Of a stretch of DNA of 46,939 bases, positions 20,816-28,683 are shown piece by piece. Source of the stretch: Deltaproteobacteria bacterium (GTDB lineage: Bacteria > Desulfobacterota > Desulfomonilia > UBA1062). Within the stretch, counting starts at the first letter, position 1. The number at the start of each line of letters is the position of its first letter. A program made the position numbers and the translations under genes. A model generated the notes under the pieces. That model worked only from the letters and a program-made list of their open reading frames with translations. It was not told the DNA's origin and did not search any database. The stretch covers positions 1-46,939 of the forward strand of contig JAJFUP010000117.1 of the NCBI GenBank assembly GCA_021372395.1, read 5' to 3'.

Positions 20816-22051
20816 TCAGTCGAACATGGTGTTCCGCGGAACCACTACGATCCCTCCCGGAGACACATCGAATCGCTTGGAGTCTTCCTCCGCATCATAC
20901 CCGATGACGGTGCCGGGGGGTATCTTCACGTACTTGTCGATGATGGTGCATCTGATCCTGCACTTTCTCCCGATGTCCACGCCCTCCATGAGGATGGAAT
21001 CCTCCACCTCGGCGTAGCTGTTTACCCTCACGTTGGGGGAGACGATGGAGCGGACCACCCGGCCGCCCGATACGATCGCACCGTCGCAGATGATGGAATC
21101 CAGCACCATTCCGATACGTTTCCCGTCCTGGCCTCCGGAGAACACCATCTTCGCGGGGGGATAGGGGCTGTAGACCGTATGTACGGGCCATTGGGGGCTG
21201 TAGAGGTTGCATTCGGGAGTGACGGACACGAGGTCCATATTCGCCTCGTAAAAGGCATCCAGCGTTCCGATGTCACGCCAGTACGAGTTTTTCATGATCC
21301 CCCTGAAGGGAAAGGCCATGACCTTGCTGCCATGCTTGAGCATGCGCGGGATGATGTCTTTGCCGAAGTCGTGGGAGCTCGTCTTGAGCTTCGCATCTTC
21401 GACGATCTTGCGGATGAGGAGCCTGGTATTGAATACGTAGATCCCCATGGATGCCATGACCTTGTCAGGGGCTCCCGGCATGGTATACGGAGCTTTCTTT
21501 GGTTTCTCCTGGAACCCCAGGACAGCCATGCCGTCATCCGCCCTGACTACCCCGAACTCGGAGGCGGTTTCCACGGGCATGGGGACAACGCCGATGGTGA
21601 CATCGGCACTGGTTTCCCTGTGAGCCAGTATCATTTCGGTGTAGTCCATCTGATAGATGTGGTCTCCCGAGAGGATCAGGGTATAGGGGGGCATGTCCTG
21701 CTGCAGGGTGTAGATGTTCTGGAAGACCGCATCGGCAGTGCCCTCGTACCAGCTGTTTCCGATGCGCTGCTGGGCGGGGATGATGTAGATGAACTCGCCC
21801 ATGGGGTATGAGAAGAATTGGAGCCAGCCCCGCTGGATGTGCCGGCTCAAGGAATGGGACTTGTACTGGGAGAGAACGTATATCCTCTTGAGTCCTGAAT
21901 TCACGCAGTTGGAAAGGGTAAAATCGATGATGCGGTACATGCCGCCGAAAGGCACCGCAGGCTTGGCGCGGTCTTTCGTGAGGGGGTAGAGCCGCTCGCC
22001 TTTGCCTCCTGCAAGGATAATCACTTCAACATCATTCGAAATCGGCATCAC
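20816..22051 (-). CDS. glgC: glucose-1-phosphate adenylyltransferase
   Basis: ILAGGKGERLYPLTKDRAKPAVPFGGMYRIIDFTLSNCVNSG and FQEKP motifs. C-terminal left-handed beta-helix region. 411 aa. Confidence 0.95.
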   Translation of the reverse strand: MMPISNDVEVIILAGGKGERLYPLTKDRAKPAVPFGGMYRIIDFTLSNCVNSGLKRIYVLSQYKSHSLSRHIQRGWLQFFSYPMGEFIYIIPAQQRIGNSWYEGTADAVFQNIYTLQQDMPPYTLILSGDHIYQMDYTEMILAHRETSADVTIGVVPMPVETASEFGVVRADDGMAVLGFQEKPKKAPYTMPGAPDKVMASMGIYVFNTRLLIRKIVEDAKLKTSSHDFGKDIIPRMLKHGSKVMAFPFRGIMKNSYWRDIGTLDAFYEANMDLVSVTPECNLYSPQWPVHTVYSPYPPAKMVFSGGQDGKRIGMVLDSIICDGAIVSGGRVVRSIVSPNVRVNSYAEVEDSILMEGVDIGRKCRIRCTIIDKYVKIPPGTVIGYDAEEDSKRFDVSPGGIVVVPRNTMFD

Positions 22052-22410
22052 TTTCCAATCAGTTCGAAGATTACACCTTTCAGCTTGGTCAGATCGTGGG
22101 ACTTCACCACGAAGGCATCTGCTGCCATGGCCAGCGCGTCATCCTTGTAGCTGGCATATGCCGTATGGATGATCACCGGTGTTTCATTTTTCGATTTGAG
22201 GATATGCCCCATGGCTTCCAGTCCGTCCATCTTGGGCATCCTCAGGTCGAGGATGATGAGGTCAGGCTTTTCCTGATCCTTGTTCTTCAGTGCCGACAAT
22301 GCCTCTTTCCCGTTTGAGGCAGTCGTGATCATGTATCCGTCGTCGTGGAGTTCCTGGCGGAGAAGTTCCCGGATATTCCTGTCATCTTCTACCACGAGAA
22401 TTCTCTTCAT
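22048..22410 (-). CDS. stand-alone CheY-like response regulator receiver
   Basis: Canonical receiver residues are present: VVEDD, DLIILDLRMP (phospho-Asp), IIHTA, VVKS (Lys). No output domain. The stop overlaps the glgC ATG (ATGA). Confidence 0.92.
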   Translation of the reverse strand: MKRILVVEDDRNIRELLRQELHDDGYMITTASNGKEALSALKNKDQEKPDLIILDLRMPKMDGLEAMGHILKSKNETPVIIHTAYASYKDDALAMAADAFVVKSHDLTKLKGVIFELIGK

Positions 22411-22418
22411 TTTCTCTC

Positions 22419-22447
22419 ATATTAATCATCCTGCCCAGCCAAGTCAA
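22419..22447 (-). promoter_or_regulatory. sigma-70-type promoter directly abutting the receiver gene
   Basis: On the minus strand: TTGACT (22447-22442), 17-nt spacer, TAATAT (22424-22419). Only 8 nt (GAGAGAAA) separate it from ATG 22410. Confidence 0.5.
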
Positions 22448-22484
22448 ACCTTTTGAGGCCTTTGCGCGCACAAAAGGAGAAGAT

Positions 22485-22871
22485 CTAACCTCTTACGGGT
22501 TTGGTTGCCAGAGAAAGCCGGCTGTGCCCCGTTGTCCTCAGGGCATCCAGGACATCGACGACCTTGAAGTAGGGGATGTCCCGGGATGCCAGGATGACGA
22601 TGTCCCGATCCCGGGGAAGTCCCGACAGCGACTCCAGGCTGCCTTGTTTGCCGTCGATCATGATCTTTTCGGGAAGGACGACCACGGTCACCGTGTTCGG
22701 GGTAAGGGTGCTGCCGGGGCCCATGGAGGAGGGAAGGTTCACCTCGGCCAGTCCCATGGGGCTTGCGAGCGTGAGCAGGAAAAAGACCACGAGCAGAAAC
22801 ACGATATCTACCAGCGGTGTGGTATCGAACGCAGCTGTGCTTCTAGCCCTTCGTTTCTTTCTGAACCTCAT
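22485..22871 (-). CDS. exbD: ExbD/TolR family biopolymer transport protein
   Basis: TPLVDIVFLLVVFFLLT N-terminal TM segment plus a periplasmic domain. 128 aa. Confidence 0.88.
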   Translation of the reverse strand: MRFRKKRRARSTAAFDTTPLVDIVFLLVVFFLLTLASPMGLAEVNLPSSMGPGSTLTPNTVTVVVLPEKIMIDGKQGSLESLSGLPRDRDIVILASRDIPYFKVVDVLDALRTTGHSRLSLATKPVRG

Positions 22872-23481
22872 GGGTTTCGCCCTTCAGGTATTCGAGTATC
22901 CTCGCGGATGATTTTTCCATCTCCAGCAGCAAAAAATCGCTGCGGGCAATGAGGAGCCGATAGCAGACATAGACCGGTATGCCGATAGACAGGCCCACGA
23001 CAGTTGTAATGAGTGCCTCGGATATGCCGGAGGCGAGCAGCTGGCTGGAATGCTCTCCGGATGCGCTTACTGCCTGGAACGATGTGAGCATTCCCGTGAC
23101 GGTGCCCAGGAACCCGAGCAGCGGTGCGATGGCGGCGATGATGCTCAGGATGTCGATGTAACGCTCAATGGTATAGGCCTGCGTGGCCCCTGCCTCCTCC
23201 ATGTAGTCCCTGATGATCTCCCGACGCATCCCTGCATTCTTTATCGCCACCATGATGATGGGGCATATGGGGGACGAGTTTCTCTTGAGAAGCTGCTCGA
23301 TGTCATTGAGCCTCCCCATGCGCGTGAGCCTCTCCACCTCCTCAATGAGTTCCCGGGGGATGATCTTGCTCTGCCTTAGGGAAAAGAGCCTCTCGATGGT
23401 GATCGCCAAGGCGATGATCGAGCATGCCAACAGAGGCCACATCAAGGGGCCGCCTCTGACAAAGAACTCCCAAACTGTCAT
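22843..23481 (-). CDS. exbB: MotA/TolQ/ExbB proton-channel protein
   Basis: Track ORF 22843..23667 trimmed to ATG 23481 after GGAGGA. GGPLMWPLLACSIIALAITIER and APLLGFLGTVTGM...EALITTVVGL motifs. 29-nt overlap with exbD. Confidence 0.88.
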   Translation of the reverse strand: MTVWEFFVRGGPLMWPLLACSIIALAITIERLFSLRQSKIIPRELIEEVERLTRMGRLNDIEQLLKRNSSPICPIIMVAIKNAGMRREIIRDYMEEAGATQAYTIERYIDILSIIAAIAPLLGFLGTVTGMLTSFQAVSASGEHSSQLLASGISEALITTVVGLSIGIPVYVCYRLLIARSDFLLLEMEKSSARILEYLKGETHEVQKETKG

Positions 23482-23599
23482 ATTTCCTCCGCGAAGGTTG
23501 CTGAGCCTTGCTTTCGTTATCACACAAAAGCCAGATATGTTCAACTTCTGAGAACACAAACAAAGATGCACTTGAAAAATATGTTGTAAGGTTGCTAAC

Positions 23600-24661
23600 A
23601 TGATCATGATGGAAAACGATGAGAAGCCAAAAAGACTCGTGTGCGTAAAATTCGCGAGCATTCCCACACCCTATATCTTTGATGCCCAGGAGATGGAGCT
23701 CGTTCAGGGAGACATGGTCATCGTGGGGACGGAAGCCGGCCAGTCGGCGGCCCAGGTCATCGGGTACACGACGGAGGAAGACGCCCGGGAACTCGAAGAC
23801 ATCAAGCCGGTCATCCGGAAGGTCACCGAAGAAGACCTGCAGAAGCTCGAAAGGATTCACCGCAAGGAGAAGGAGTGCTTCGAGTTCTGTCGCGACCGCA
23901 TCAACGAGCGGGGTCTCCCCATGAAGCTCATCAAGGTGGAGCAGCTTTTCGATGAAAACAAAACCACCTTTTTCTTTGTTTCGGAAGGACGGGTGGATTT
24001 CCGGGATCTGCTGAAAGACCTGGTGGAGAGGTACAGGACCCGGATCGAGCTTCGCCAGATCGGCACCAGGCAGGAATCCGCCATGCTCGGCGGCATCGGG
24101 AGCTGTGGCAGAGAACTCTGCTGCGCCAGGTTCCTCACAAGCTTCCAGCGGATATCCGTCAAGATGGCGAAAAACCAGAACATGACGCTCAACCCGTCCA
24201 AGATCTCGGGTTTGTGCGGGAAGCTGAAGTGCTGCCTGGCTTATGAGAAGGACTCCTATGCCAATCTCATCGAAAACCTCCCCAAGCCGGGCAAGAGGGT
24301 CTTCATCGAGGAAGGCGAGGCCACGGTGGTGAGCATCAATGTCATCAGCCAGAGCTTTGTGGCCAAGCTGGCAGACAGGCGATTCATCAAGGCAAATGTC
24401 TCGGACATCCTGAGTGAGGAAGATTATCTCCAACTCGGCGAGCAGAAGTCTGCGGGCCATGAGAAGGAAAAGGGGGGCATCCGTGCGCAGCAGACCGAAG
24501 AACCGGCTGTTCGAGCGCAAAGTCATCAACCGCGTGGCATCCGTGCGCAGCAGGCGGAAGAGGAGCCACCCCCTCCCCAGATGATCACCACTCAGGACAA
24601 ACCGAAGAAAAAGAGGTCGAGACACCGCAACTCGAGGAGCAAAAGGAGCAAAAGTCCATGA
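23600..24661 (+). CDS. ricT: PSP1 domain protein (RicT/YaaT-like)
   Basis: PSP1 C-terminal domain with GSCGRELCCARFL...KISGLCGKLKCCLAYE cysteine motifs. Basic, low-complexity C-terminal tail. Precedes metG with an ATGA overlap. Confidence 0.88.
   Translation: MIMMENDEKPKRLVCVKFASIPTPYIFDAQEMELVQGDMVIVGTEAGQSAAQVIGYTTEEDARELEDIKPVIRKVTEEDLQKLERIHRKEKECFEFCRDRINERGLPMKLIKVEQLFDENKTTFFFVSEGRVDFRDLLKDLVERYRTRIELRQIGTRQESAMLGGIGSCGRELCCARFLTSFQRISVKMAKNQNMTLNPSKISGLCGKLKCCLAYEKDSYANLIENLPKPGKRVFIEEGEATVVSINVISQSFVAKLADRRFIKANVSDILSEEDYLQLGEQKSAGHEKEKGGIRAQQTEEPAVRAQSHQPRGIRAQQAEEEPPPPQMITTQDKPKKKRSRHRNSRSKRSKSP
24476..24553 (+). repeat. 60-bp-period internal duplication in the ricT tail
   Basis: Identical 18-mer GGCATCCGTGCGCAGCAG at 24476-24493 and 24536-24553, encoding GIRAQQ twice (GGIRAQQTEEP / RGIRAQQAEEE). 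Confidence 0.9.
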
Positions 24662-26553
24662 AACAACGCTACTATGTCACCACGCCCATCTACTACGTGA
24701 ATGCGAAACCCCATCTGGGCCATGTGTATACAACGGTCATCGCCGATATCCTGGCCCGCTACCATAAGCTCTTGGGAGAGAAGGTCTTCTTCCTCACCGG
24801 CACGGACGAGCACGGAGACAAGATCATGGAGACGGCCAAGGGGCTCGGTACAACGCCGAAGAAGCTTGCCGACGAGAACAGTGGGCGTTTCAGGGGGCTC
24901 TGGCCGGAGATCCAGATAGAAAACGACCGCTTTATAAGGACCACGGAGCCTGACCACGTGAAGTCCGTCCAGTCGATCCTCCAGGCGGTATACGACAAGG
25001 GCGACATCTACTTCGGGGAATACGGCGGCCATTACTGCACGGGCTGCGAGCGGTTCATGACCGAGACCGAGATGGTGGACGGGAAATGTCCCATTCACCT
25101 GACACCGCTCACCTATGTCCAGGAACAGAACTACTTCTTCAAGATGGAGAAGTACCGGCCGTGGCTCATCGAGCACATCAAGGAAAACCGTGATTTCATC
25201 CGCCCTGAACGCTACCGGAACGAGGTTCTGGGAATGCTCCGGGAACCCCTTGACGACCTGTGCATCTCCAGGCCCAAGAAGCGTCTCTCCTGGGGAATCG
25301 AGCTTCCCTTCGATGCCGACTATGTGTGCTATGTCTGGTTCGATGCGCTGATCAACTACCTCACCGGCATCGGGTACCCCGACGGTGACGATTTCACGGG
25401 GTTCTGGCAGGAGGCTCAGCACCTGATCGGAAAGGATATCCTGAAGCCCCATGCCGTGTACTGGCCCACCATGCTCAAGTCTCTCGGCGTCGGGCCCTAC
25501 AAGCATCTCAATGTGCACGGATTCTGGAACGTGGATGCCACGAAGATGTCCAAGAGCCTGGGGAACGTGGTCGACCCCCTTGAGATGAAGAACAAGTACG
25601 GGGTTGATGCCTTCCGGTACTTCCTGGTTCGGGACATGGTCTTTGGCCTCGATGCGAACTTTTCCGAGGAAGCCCTTGTGGAGCGCTACAATTCGGACCT
25701 GGCGAACGACCTGGGCAACTTCGTGAGCAGGAGCGCGAGGATGGTGGCGAAGTATTTCGACGGCGTGCTGCCGGCCCCGGAGGGTCCACTGGAAGACGTG
25801 GACCGAGAGCTCAGGGATGTCTGCTCCAAGGTCGTTGCTGATTATGCGGCCAAGATGGATGCCCTCGAGATGCACGGTGCATTCATATCGGTATGGACGC
25901 TCATCTCCGCGCTGAACAAGTACATCGACAAGACGGCGCCATGGGAACTCGCGAAGAGCAACAGGCCAAGGCTTTCAACGGTCATGTACCATGCCATGGA
26001 GGCTTTGCGGTTCGTGGCCGTGCTCGTCTCGCCCGTGATGCCCGGGGCCTCGCGGAAGATTCTGGATCTGCTCGGCCTGAATGGGGGGATCTCGATGGAG
26101 ATGCTTCGCTCTTTCGGTGCCCTGCAGCCGGGGGTGAGGATCAACGAGGCCCCGGCCCTGTTTCCGCGGGTCGAGAAGGCCTCTGAGCAGAAGGATAAGC
26201 AGCCTGAGCCGGAAGACCGGGAAAAAGACAATCTCGTGGACATGAGCGAGTTTGCCCGTATCGAGATCAAGGTGGGCAGGATCATGGAGGCCCAGGGTGT
26301 GGAGAAATCGAACAAGCTCGTTCTCCTCAAGGTGGATGTGGGAAGACCCGTACAGATCGTGGCCGGCATAGCCCTGGCATACAAGCCCGAAGATCTCGTA
26401 GGCAAATACATCGCGGTGGTTACCAACCTGAAACCGGCAAAGCTCATGGGATTGGCGAGTGAAGGCATGCTCCTTGCCACGGATTCTCAAGAGGGGAAGC
26501 TCACCCTGCTCTCCTTTGACGAACCCCCCAAGGTCGGCGCCCGGATACGGTAA
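24658..26553 (+). CDS. metG: methionyl-tRNA synthetase with C-terminal tRNA-binding (Trbp111/EMAP-like) domain
   Basis: YYVTTPIYYVNAKPHLGHVYT (HIGH-type), KMSKSLGN (KMSKS), and a C-terminal OB-fold ending VGARIR. 631 aa. Confidence 0.97.
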   Translation: MKQRYYVTTPIYYVNAKPHLGHVYTTVIADILARYHKLLGEKVFFLTGTDEHGDKIMETAKGLGTTPKKLADENSGRFRGLWPEIQIENDRFIRTTEPDHVKSVQSILQAVYDKGDIYFGEYGGHYCTGCERFMTETEMVDGKCPIHLTPLTYVQEQNYFFKMEKYRPWLIEHIKENRDFIRPERYRNEVLGMLREPLDDLCISRPKKRLSWGIELPFDADYVCYVWFDALINYLTGIGYPDGDDFTGFWQEAQHLIGKDILKPHAVYWPTMLKSLGVGPYKHLNVHGFWNVDATKMSKSLGNVVDPLEMKNKYGVDAFRYFLVRDMVFGLDANFSEEALVERYNSDLANDLGNFVSRSARMVAKYFDGVLPAPEGPLEDVDRELRDVCSKVVADYAAKMDALEMHGAFISVWTLISALNKYIDKTAPWELAKSNRPRLSTVMYHAMEALRFVAVLVSPVMPGASRKILDLLGLNGGISMEMLRSFGALQPGVRINEAPALFPRVEKASEQKDKQPEPEDREKDNLVDMSEFARIEIKVGRIMEAQGVEKSNKLVLLKVDVGRPVQIVAGIALAYKPEDLVGKYIAVVTNLKPAKLMGLASEGMLLATDSQEGKLTLLSFDEPPKVGARIR

Positions 26554-26571
26554 TCCCCACACGGAGGTATC

Positions 26572-26916
26572 ATGCAGAAGGTGCCCATCGATCTGGCAAA
26601 GCCGGGAATGGTGCTGGCCAAGACCGTTTTCAACGATAAGGGTATGACCCTGTGCGCCGAAGGCACGGAGCTCAGTGCCAACGTCATCGACCGGCTCATG
26701 AAGATGCATGTCTCCTCGCTCACCCTCAAGGGACACCCGGTTGATCTCGGGACCGAAACCAAGACAGGGGAACAGAGAGTTCAAGAGCTCTCAGCGAGGT
26801 TTTCCATGGTCCACGGAGATCCCATCATGGATATGCTGGAGGCAGCCATCGAGCAGGCGATCCTTTCCCGCCAGGAAGAGGATGACAGTGCCCCGCAAGG
26901 GAGAGATGCATCGTGA
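26572..26916 (+). CDS. small protein resembling the N-terminal domain found in front of HD-GYP domains (DUF3391-like)
   Basis: VPIDLAKPGMVLAKTVFNDKGMTLCAEGTELSANVIDRLMKMHVSSLTL matches, from memory, the conserved N-terminal module of HD-GYP proteins. Followed by an acidic tail. 18 nt after metG. Confidence 0.6.
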   Translation: MQKVPIDLAKPGMVLAKTVFNDKGMTLCAEGTELSANVIDRLMKMHVSSLTLKGHPVDLGTETKTGEQRVQELSARFSMVHGDPIMDMLEAAIEQAILSRQEEDDSAPQGRDAS

Positions 26917-27755
26917 GCAAGGCACAGCAGCTCAAGGCTATCACCAGGCGGATGGACAGCCTTCCGACGTTGCCGCAGGTGGTGAGGAAGCTCACCATGA
27001 TGGTGGAGAGCCCCGACGTCACTGCACAGGAAGTGGGCAAGCTCATCTCCTCGGATCAGGTCCTGGGAGCAAAAGTGCTCAGGCTCGTCAACTCACCGTT
27101 CTATGGTTTCCCGGGCAGGATTTCCTCTGTGAGCCACTCCATCATCCTGCTCGGGTTCAACGTGATCAAGGGCGTTGTCCTGTCGGCATCGGTGTTCGAC
27201 CTCATGGAGAGGTCCATGGTGGGTCTCTGGGAGCACTCTCTCGGGAGCGCCATTGTTTCCGGAGCCTTAAGCAGGACTCTCGGCCTGAGCGAGCCGGAGG
27301 AGATCTCCACGGCGTGTCTGCTTCACGATATCGGCAAGGTCCTGGTCCGCGTGTCCCTCAGCAGGGATTACGACCAGATTGTCGCCCAGGTGACCGAAAA
27401 AGGGAGTTCTTTCCGGGAGGCCGAACTCCAGGTCCTCGGGGTCGACCATGCCGAGATCGGGGCATGGCTTGCGCATGAATGGAACCTACCCGAACGGCTT
27501 GCCATCCCCATTGAATACCATCACGACCCGGGCAGCGCACCGAAATTCAAGGAAAGGGTCGCCGTTGTCCACATCGCGGACTCCATTGTCCGTGCCTGCG
27601 GTGTAGGGAATGGCGGTGACCCGCTGGTAGGCCGGATATCGCCCGATGCATGGGAATACATCGGGATGGACAAGGTGGATCTTCCAATGCTCATGAGGAA
27701 GATCCTGGAAGATCTCGAAGAGGTCGACTGCTGTCAGGTTTCACCTGCGGAGTGA
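26913..27755 (+). CDS. HDOD domain protein
   Basis: LPTLPQVVRKLTMMVESPDVTAQEVGKLISSDQVLGAKVLRLVNSPFYGF...LLHDIGKV...DHAEIGAWLAHEW is the typical HDOD pattern. GTG start overlaps the upstream stop (GTGA). Confidence 0.9.
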   Translation: MSKAQQLKAITRRMDSLPTLPQVVRKLTMMVESPDVTAQEVGKLISSDQVLGAKVLRLVNSPFYGFPGRISSVSHSIILLGFNVIKGVVLSASVFDLMERSMVGLWEHSLGSAIVSGALSRTLGLSEPEEISTACLLHDIGKVLVRVSLSRDYDQIVAQVTEKGSSFREAELQVLGVDHAEIGAWLAHEWNLPERLAIPIEYHHDPGSAPKFKERVAVVHIADSIVRACGVGNGGDPLVGRISPDAWEYIGMDKVDLPMLMRKILEDLEEVDCCQVSPAE

Positions 27756-27759
27756 GGGA

Positions 27760-28683
27760 ATGAGGGCGGTTCTCATCGGTGAAAAATGCGTTGATGAAGT
27801 CCTGGTCGCGCTCATGGCTCCCCTGTTCGAGAGCTTTCAGGTCCTCACGGGCGCGCAGGAAAGCATCCCGCTGATCTACATGGACCCGCCGGACATCATC
27901 CTGATCGATGCCTCCATCCTTCAGAACCGGGGGGCCAAGGTCGTACAGGAGTTCAGGAGCAACACCATATTCGGGCATCTGCCCATCGTGGCCCTCATCG
28001 GGAGAGACGAGCTTGAATCCGAATCTTGGCAGGATACGACCATTGATGACTACATCGTCACCGACGAGAGCGAACTCGTCATGCGCAGCAGGCTCGAGTT
28101 CATCGCCAAGAGGGCGGTCAGGGATCTGGACACGAATCCCCTGACCAGGCTGCCCGGGAACGAATCCATCATCCGGTATATCCAGACCATGATCGACCAG
28201 GGCTCGGAGATCGCCGTTGCCTGGGTGGACATCGACAACTTCAAGCCGTTCAACGACTGCTATGGCTTTTCCCGTGGGGACGAGGTCCTCATGGCCACTG
28301 CCCGGATCATCACCAATGCCGTGAAGGAGATCAGCCAGGATAATACCCTGGTTGGCCACATCGGGGGAGACGATTTTGTTTTCATCTGCCCGAAAAAGTG
28401 CATCAGGACCCTGTGCGAGGAAATCATCTCCAGGTTTGACATGGTCATCAGGAACTTCTACAACGAGGAGGACCTCGAGCTGGGAGGAATCAGGTCATCG
28501 AGCCGGGACGGGAGCTTCAGGATGTTCTCCGTCATGACCATCTCGATCGCGGTGGTCCTGAACGAGGGGGGAAGGTACTCTCATTACGGCCAGGCATCCC
28601 AGGATGCCACCGATATCAAGAAATACATCAAGGGGCTCGACGGCAGCAACTACATGATAGACCGGAGGGGGATCAAGAGGTGA
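27760..28683 (+). CDS. degenerate receiver-GGDEF protein (GGDDF variant)
   Basis: N-terminal receiver-like fold lacks the acidic pair and the Lys. C-terminal GGDEF fold carries DIDNFKPFNDCYGFSRGDEVL and HIGGDDFVF. 307 aa. Confidence 0.85.
   Translation: MRAVLIGEKCVDEVLVALMAPLFESFQVLTGAQESIPLIYMDPPDIILIDASILQNRGAKVVQEFRSNTIFGHLPIVALIGRDELESESWQDTTIDDYIVTDESELVMRSRLEFIAKRAVRDLDTNPLTRLPGNESIIRYIQTMIDQGSEIAVAWVDIDNFKPFNDCYGFSRGDEVLMATARIITNAVKEISQDNTLVGHIGGDDFVFICPKKCIRTLCEEIISRFDMVIRNFYNEEDLELGGIRSSSRDGSFRMFSVMTISIAVVLNEGGRYSHYGQASQDATDIKKYIKGLDGSNYMIDRRGIKR

Noticed and set aside
19552-21811. Long plus-strand ORFs (451 aa at 19552..20907 and 402 aa at 20603..21811) opposite rimO and glgC
   Set aside because: Both are antisense to well-supported genes, with the composition typical of reverse frames in high-GC coding DNA. 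The same reasoning applies to 5680..6438, 7127..8056, 10618..11742, 13565..14587, 23342..24625, 24592..25875, 25975..26784, 29286..30032, 35482..36435, 40544..41254 and 42024..42935.
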